Assembly (NCBI GenBank): GCA_030141605.1
Contig: JAQGDQ010000133.1
Location: 434,001 to 498,000 of the forward strand
Direction: 5' to 3'
Source: Tubiluchus corallicola
Lineage: Eukaryota > Animalia > Priapulida
Length of the DNA: 64,000 nt
Position numbers and translations under genes: made by a program. The notes beneath the pieces are model-generated. The model saw nothing but the letters and a program-made list of their open reading frames with translations. It made no database searches and had not been told where the DNA came from. Shown piece after piece: positions 56,340 to 64,000 of this stretch (its first letter is position 1; the number at the start of each line of letters is the position of its first letter).

Positions 56340-56620
56340 ACATGAAGTGTATAAATGAAGGTGCGGAGAATGAATTACAGTATTGACTTGTTTAATTACG
56401 TTGAATATAAACAGTATGAACCAATCTGTAGTTTAGGGGAAACATAGATTTTGTTTGCCACATAACTTACTCAGAAATGAATAATGTCGTCTCACAGCTC
56501 TGATCTAATAAAAGTCCGTGATTAGATGGTATCTTCGCGGAACATTATAAAAGCGCAACAGACAAGTGCGCTACGCTTTTATCCTTGTGTTTTAGCGCTT
56601 TTATTATACACGATTTTTTA
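56340..56620 (+). mobile_element. LINE RT N-terminal relic
   Basis: ITYSEMNNVVSQL*SNKSP*LDGIFAEHYKSA...LLSLCFSAFIIHDFL matches the KSPGxDGIxAEH block preceding non-LTR RT domains. Confidence 0.65.
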
Positions 56621-59549
56621 ATATTTGTCAACAAATGATAACCGTGACGACTGTGATATGATAATCCAGAAAGATAAATTGTATGCTCGCATTAATTTGC
56701 TCTTATCGCTCTCTCTCTCTCTGCTTGCAGTCTAGTAGTAAAAAGATCACTTTTTAAAGCATTTGTATTAAATATTCACGGTTTGTCACTTCAAGGACGA
56801 TTTTTAACTACAATCTAACAAACATCACATCTGCATTTGATAAAGGATTGGCCAAATTTTTCAGCGTTGAATATTCCTACATTGTAAGCAGCCTTATTAA
56901 GAATATTCTAACTTTAATTTCAGTTCAGTTCTTCTTTAATGGTAAAATATGCTACAAAAATCAAGCACCCAAAATTTGCACACTACATGTATTTACAGAT
57001 AAGCAACTACCACTTAAAGAAATTAATGAGCTTGAAAACCATACACGCGCGCGCGCGCTCCCACGCACGTGCTACTCTCACTCATACGTTGGCTTGCGTT
57101 CCAGTACAGAATATTAAGCAATGGTCACATGCTTTAATGACATCTATGGGAGAAACAAACGTAGGCGTCTTTCTGCGTTTGTACGCAATAACTCTTTGAA
57201 TATATATGTGCACAACTCAGTGCGTGAGATTACTTGAAGCCAAATTGAGTCTGAAGAATCGAAATGTCACGGTACTGTTGAACGTTCGAAAGCCTTACTA
57301 AGAGAAAGCTATAGGACGGTTATTTTCGCATTCAGTAACAGCTATCGCTTTATTTTTAATCATAAATAACACATATCTCTTTTACTATTAGACTCACCCA
57401 AAAGTCAAGTGGTAACAATACATATACATTATATATATATATATATATATTATGATTTCCGTAAAGTAAGTGCTCAGACGAAAATTTATCAAAATTATCA
57501 AAACTTTAAAGGACCCGAAGATTTTTGTTTTTTCTTAATTTTAATTGCATCAGTCCCTTTGTTGATCGCGATTATCCAACGGGTTTCTTGGAAAATATCA
57601 GAATTGGACAATAAATCAGTTGGTTAGCTTGCGGTTAGTAATACGATTTTGTCCAAAATTTGTAAGATGACTCATGCTGTAAGCTGCAATATTGTTGTGT
57701 CTAATTTGATTTTCTCGAAATGTTGTATGAGCAAGTCACTATTCAACAAGGTTTTCAAAATTACGCAAATTACAAAAAGCCTTTAGTTAGAGCCATCATA
57801 ATGTTTGCGCCTTTTACGAACTTGCTGCTTCTATTGAACAATTTGGTTTTTAAATTGTATTTCTGAAATTAATAGTATTAAAGGTAAGCTTATACATATA
57901 TAGGTTTCATGTTAATTTGTCACAATCATCATCACCAAATTATTGCGTGCAAAGTCTTGACATTATTAGCCATGTTTACTCGGGTAAAATATCCGTATCG
58001 TCCCGTGAAAGTCTGTACTAATTTTCGCAAATTTTCTATTGAATATCGTAGGAACGAAATAATACCGGAACTAAATCTTACTTCCGTTTCTAAATTTAAA
58101 GACAAGTTCAAAAACGTTACTTCTTAACCTTTATGTACGGCAGTTGTGTGCAGTAACGTCTGTTATGATTTTATTTTTATTCTGGTTTTAATCAGGCATT
58201 TTATTAGATAGTGTTTCATTTTTCGTTTATCATAAAATTTCAGGCTAGTTGTTGATAATGTTTATTTGGTTGCCCAATAATTAGCAGTTAGGTGCCTCTC
58301 AAGCCTCCTACATTTGTAATTATTAGAGTATTTAATTCTATTTTATTTCGTGTTTCTAAAATTTTAGGAAAGAAGTCTTGCGAGTCACGACTCATGTTTT
58401 TCAATCCATTTTAAAGTAAAATTTATCTATTTATAATAATGGCAGAGTCAGTCTGTGACAGGAGTGATTGTCGACATCTAAGTGACGAGATTTAAAAACT
58501 GTCCACGCAATTTAATTTAGGCTTTCCGTCTATTCAAGCACTGCGCTGAACGAAATTACTATCTGGAAAAACCGATGTCACCTGCCAGTTAGGTCTGTGA
58601 AATGAAGGATCAGTTAACTTACGTAACTGCTTTTCCATTTGACAACAATAAATTTTTGGAAGTATTCCAATGTCATATCGTAAACTATCAGATTTCGTGT
58701 TTCTTTCAGATTTACCAAAGCGCATTTAGTTGCCTAATTAAAGAACTGTAGAGAATTGTTTTAGATGGCTTTTCAGAACTTGTAATAATGGCGAGAGAAT
58801 TGCTAAGTGGTTATGATATGTACTTAGGGAACGAAGTCAAGCAACGCTTACTTTGTTAGTAAATGTTGTCTGTTTTGCCTGTTGATCTCGTTTAACTTAC
58901 GGAGGAGGATATGTACATGTATATATATTTGGTTGAGCTCTAATCTTAAATGATTACCCTTGATAATGAGCCGAGTTACGATCCTGTCCAACCATCAATA
59001 TAATAACTGTACTCTACGGTTCAATGTTGAGATAGACTGCGATTTGTAAAAGGTAGCAAAAGGGTACCCCAGTTTTTGCAATAAGGCCTCTCTCTCTTGC
59101 AAGTTATCAGCTTCCCACTTTTTTAAAACCTCAGCTGCTTACATACACTATAATGGCAGAATACGGGTGAAAACGTGAAGCCATTGATTTGATAACAGAT
59201 TCGAGGTTATAGTAATGCAAATGCTATATGGTAATGCCAACGCTAACAATAATAGTAAAATAATGATAATGATAAAAACAATAATTCTTTATTTGAGAAA
59301 ACTATTTACATTCACTCTATCTGTAGGGAAGATTTTAACAGAAACGCATTTAATACTCTATTAATTACATCAAAATTCGAAATGTACGGCTTACTTAATG
59401 ATCAGAAGTTGCTACACTGCTGTCGTTGCCCCACCCTACTCACCAAAATGTTAATTATAGCCTTTATTTAGGAAAAGGTAGTAAAGTGTCTTATGACTGT
59501 CCTCTTTACTCACATTCTTGTATAATTATGATTTGCAGCATTTGTTTTT

Positions 59550-60350
59550 CAACACATTTTAACAATCTTTTTTTTAAATTATTCAACAATAACTATGTGA
59601 CTGCATAGCAACATGCGTGTAAAATAAAAGTTCTTTTTACTTACCCCATGTGGTTAGCAGCGTGTAATGTGCCGAAGTGTATAAAAATATATCATATTCA
59701 GCAACAGCACCATTCAAGCCACTTTGAAATTTTTTAGCCCTTCTTGACATAAGAGGACAGCTTTGCTTAGTAATTCTAGCATCGTCAGTATAACCAAGTG
59801 GTTACTTGATGTCAGTGAGTGGGTGAATTAACAAAAATTGCTTCTGGGTAGTTCCAACTTCGATGCGCATCGTTAAGGGTCAAGTAGATACATCGAAACT
59901 TGGCTGAGATATCTATATCAATCAAGTTCTCATCTTGTAATAATTATCCTCAGTAGTGAGCTAAATTTTTGTCCATTTACAACCGTCTACATTTAGTTGA
60001 AGCTTCTAGATACTGGCTTGTAGAGTGTCGAGCTGAGTAAAAAAAGGGGGTCCTTACCCATTATATCTTTCCAAATTTCTTCTGGCACATTTTTTCTTGC
60101 ACCATGTTGTCGTAACTTTATTTATACACTTCAGGTAATATTTGGATTCATTTTTTGAAAATGATTCATAGATTCGAAGGATAAAATCCATCCCACCTGT
60201 GTGATCACATAATTGACCCTGATCACAATGTTTACGATTGAAGCTAGGTTAGATAAGGTATGATAGATAAAAAAGATCTTTATATAGATTCAATAACTAG
60301 AATCAGCCACAGGCTCTTTTACATCCAGGTCGAGCGAAGTTTTAAATTTT
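59550..60350 (-). mobile_element. Possible highly decayed Mutator-like (MULE) transposase relic
   Basis: Fragments IYESFSK...YLKCI / KLRQHG...EEIWKDIMGK and a downstream LCSHI (SWIM-like) resemble invertebrate MULE-like proteins from memory. Broken by stops and frameshifts. Confidence 0.25.
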
Positions 60351-60860
60351 CAGCTACAACTCAATACTACAAAGCTAAGTGAAGTTAAACACATGTAACT
60401 TGATGTAAGTTCAATAATAATACGGTCATAGACTTTCTTCATCGGTCTTTGCCTGTTGACAAGTGGAGCATCAAAATTATCGAGCATAATAAATCATAAT
60501 ATACTTTGTATATTAGAAGTCGCAGGAATTCGGGATTTTTTTGGCTATGACTTATGAGAGTCGGGAAAATTCAATAAAAATCCCGATGAATTGTGCAGTA
60601 TAATGTCTAATGTGATGAAATAGTGTCTGGCAGCTTGTCTATCCTCTTGTATACGCATGTGTTACCCGCATCATCCACATGTATAAAAAACCATAAACTG
60701 CATGCGACAGTTCAAACGGCGCACTTTACACAACAACCCCTATCTACATTCTACAGCCCACCATCTAAATTGTTTTCCGGGTAAATTAAATGGCAGTTGT
60801 GGCAAAGTACATTAGAATTTTGAAATGCATTATTCACGTGTGGGCGGAAGCCATTTCATA

Positions 60861-60862
<2 letters not shown>

Positions 60863-60906
<44 letters not shown>
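60863..60906. repeat. (GA)n microsatellite
   Basis: Directly visible. Confidence 0.95.
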
Positions 60907-60909
<3 letters not shown>

Positions 60910-62044
60910 GCGCTACTTCATGATTACCTGTACTACTGTAGCATTAACCATTACTGTACTTCTAACCTAGCATTGTATATATATATATATAGGCCCATAG
61001 TGCTCGTGTCCTTCACATACCATAACTTATCAATATAATTTATATTTCAGTTAGTACAGAATAACTTCATGGTTAGCTAGTAATAGGTTCAATATTTTCT
61101 GTCAAGTAATAGGTAGCAATGGGGTGCACGTAATTTGCTTTAATTATAATTTAACTTTAATTATCTCTTATTTGCTCTGTAGTTTAATTATCTCTCATTT
61201 TAATTTGCTTTATAGGTTATTACATATTTGTACGGGTTGAGTTAATTTCTGCAATTTATGTTAGGCTAGTCCCCTTGAGCATTGTAAACTGGGTGGATTA
61301 TTCCAATATGTGAGTAACTGTACTGAATGAGTGCCATTATAATACTGTCCTAAGGGCCTCCTCGGCACGTTCTATACTTATAGGGGAAAAGTGCTAGAAA
61401 CGTGTAAAATTTAACAGAATTTAACCAGTCAGCCCGTCTTAGTGTGATTATACCCCTGTTTTGCTTGAAAAAATGTTAAAGAAATTTATCTATAAACACT
61501 AAATAGCCTTGGCATTTTGCATGCGGGTTGTATTTTAAACTAAACTTTACTAAATTAGTTTAAATTACGCTAAAAAACATTTTATTTTGTAAGCCTCACT
61601 TTTACAAGTACACAAAAACATATCTACATATAATTTAACATACAGATTAGGCCAATCAACAACACAAGACACTATCGTTTTCACAATCAAACATGCAAAA
61701 CATTAATTTAAACACCTACATTAATAAGGATTGGTTAGAGCATGACACGAATTTCTTGACAATCCACTGTTTGCATTCTTTAGAGTTGAAAATTTGTCCC
61801 GTTTTCGAACATACTTGGTTTTATCAGAATATAATTTAAAAATTTATTTGCGCTTCTGCTTTTAGTTCCTGAAACATTTGATTGTAACTTTTTGTTTCAG
61901 TTCTCTGCTTTTTCTTTGATTTTGCTATTTTTGGCAGTAGATGCTTGAACAAAGTTCATGTTCACGCAAGCTGTTTTGTCACTACATTACAGAAATAAAA
62001 TGAAGTTAGAGAACACCTTTCAACAAATAGTTATGCAAAAAGTA

Positions 62045-62620
62045 ACTGTCAGTGAAAACTGATCTATTGTCACTGTCAGTGAAAACTGATCTACTGACAC
62101 TGTCAGTGAAAACTGATCTACTGTCATTGTCAGTGAAAACTGATCTACTGTCACTGTCAGTGAAAACTGATCTACTGTCACTGTCAGTGAAAACTGATCT
62201 ACTGTCACTGTCAGTGAAAACTGATCTACTGTCATTGTCAGTGAAAACTGATCTACTGTCACTGTCAGTGAAAACTGATCTACTGTCACTGTCAGTGAAA
62301 ACTGATCTACTGTCACTGTCAGTGAAAACTGATCTACTGTCACTGTCAGTGAAAACTGATCTACTGTCACTGTCAGTGAAAACTGATCTACTGTCACTGT
62401 CAGTGAAAACTGATCTACTGTCACTGTCAGTGAAAACTGATCTACTGTCACTGTCAGTGAAAACTGATCTACTGTCACTGTCAGTGAAAACTGATCTACT
62501 GTCACTGTCAGTGAAAACTGATCTACTGTCACTGTCAGTGAAAACTGATCTACTGTCACTGTCAGTGAAAACTGATCTACTGTCACTGTCAGTGAAAACT
62601 GATATACTGTCACTGTCAGT
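62045..62620. repeat. 27-bp minisatellite, about 21 near-identical copies
   Basis: Unit actgtcagtgaaaactgatctactgtc repeated head-to-tail without spacers; only scattered single-base variants. Confidence 0.97.
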
Positions 62621-64000
62621 TGAAAGTGGTTATTCTTTTGAACGGGTTATTATTCATTACTGATTCTGATATTAGTCACATACTTCAAGAATTCTTTGCC
62701 ATTGCTTAATAGTGAAGCGCTAAAATATTTTCTCTGATACTTTATACGTACCAGTGGCGCAATTTTGCTCTTTGTATCACGCACCATGTATTGCAAAATG
62801 CAAGAGCAATTACGTTGTTTCCAAAAGCTAATAGTTTTTAATTGTTTATAAATGTACAAGCTTTATAACTAACACCTAATGTTATTTCTGATTATTGTTG
62901 GTTTCGTCATTATTGATGTATTATAGATTGTATGTATTATGTACAGAATGTTTGTATTATAGAAATATTACGTATTTTATAGAATAAACTAAGGCGTAAC
63001 TAACGTAATCACAAACTGAGTTGAGATGTAGATATATGCACTTCTGTTTAATCCGCTCACATTAAATCAACATGCACCTGATTGATTAATTACATCCTTG
63101 TATAAACAATTAGAAATAATGAATTAAAATACGATCAATGCTTAACAATTACTGATGTTCATTTAAGTCTCGGCTGTTCACGTTACTTTTATTCATTGTA
63201 ATGCATTTGTAGCATCAGCCTGGGTCCATGTACACTAATTGCAATCAACCTTGCATGAACCTGCAAGAATTACTCGTGTACACGAGATATTCGGTAATTA
63301 GCTTTGTGTAATAAGCTGGTACCGCTTGCAATTTATGAGTATCATTGTGCAGAAGCTAATCAAGAAATCGTATTTCAGATAATCAGTGGATATTAGAAAC
63401 ATTAGACATTAACGCGCAAGGCGTTCTTACTTTCTACTATCTCGATTGGGTGTGTTAATTTGTTTACTTGTAGAAAAACGAGCTAAAACGAAGTACAATA
63501 AATTATAATCATGAGTACGTTGCATTACAATTAAGTAGGATATACGAATACTAAACATTAGTTATTTTATCTACGTAATGTGCTGGTTTCTGGTGCAAGA
63601 ATACACAACCTATATACATCATAAACATATGAGAAATTTTAGATTGAGTTAAAAGACCAAATGAAAAAATATTGAAAGCGTTTTTTTCTATAATTTTCGA
63701 ACATTTATATGGTTAGCAGTTCTAGCTACTAAATTTGCCGAGTAGTTAAAGTTACTTATTTTGAAAAAAACAGTTTTTTAATACAATTATTGTAACTTTT
63801 ATTGCCGATATAAATACATGCAAAATAATCGGGCCAGAGCGATGCCCCACTAGTACAAAATGTTTTGAACCATTGGACTCTTATTTTGTCATGACAATTT
63901 CAAAAATTTCTGATCAAAATGTTAGCTCCTTCGGTTAATAAACGTTTTGCCTTTTCATGTCCTCGTTATCAGAACCCGCTTCAGATATAATTGGCCAAGT

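Noticed and set aside
59645-59740. Plus-strand WLAACNVPKC as APN-B exon 16
   Set aside because: Cys spacing and downstream sequence do not match paralog exon 16, and there is no suitable acceptor or donor.
62020-62663. 27-bp array as CRISPR or as repeat-protein ORFs (VTVDQFSLT / SVKTDLLSL)
   Set aside because: There are no unique spacers or cas genes and the context is eukaryotic. The ORFs stay open only because the unit length is a multiple of 3.

Overview
This is AT-rich, intron-containing eukaryotic DNA, most consistent with an invertebrate animal. It has no prokaryotic operons, rRNA/tRNA genes or CRISPR. The core is a head-to-head pair of paralogous M1-family membrane aminopeptidase N-like genes. 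APN-A (minus, 31534-18741) reconstructs by hand as a complete 19-exon, 979-aa type II membrane protein with GAMEN and HEXXH-X18-E. APN-B (plus, from 34368) has the same intron positions and can be followed only to exon 15 (48694). The main finding is that APN-B carries two intact, diverged tandem copies of the 138-nt exon encoding the catalytic Tyr and part of the S1 pocket (42060-42197 and 43227-43364). The copies differ Glu vs Arg at the position matching IRAP E541/ERAP1 R430, which suggests a substrate-specificity switch by mutually exclusive splicing. Also present: the TM3-TM7 exon of a class A GPCR, a candidate orphan single-pass membrane gene, three GC-AG introns, several LINE relics, hAT and Harbinger-type MITEs, a probable solo LTR, palindromes and mini/microsatellites. 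All exon models were read by eye and need RNA-seq confirmation.
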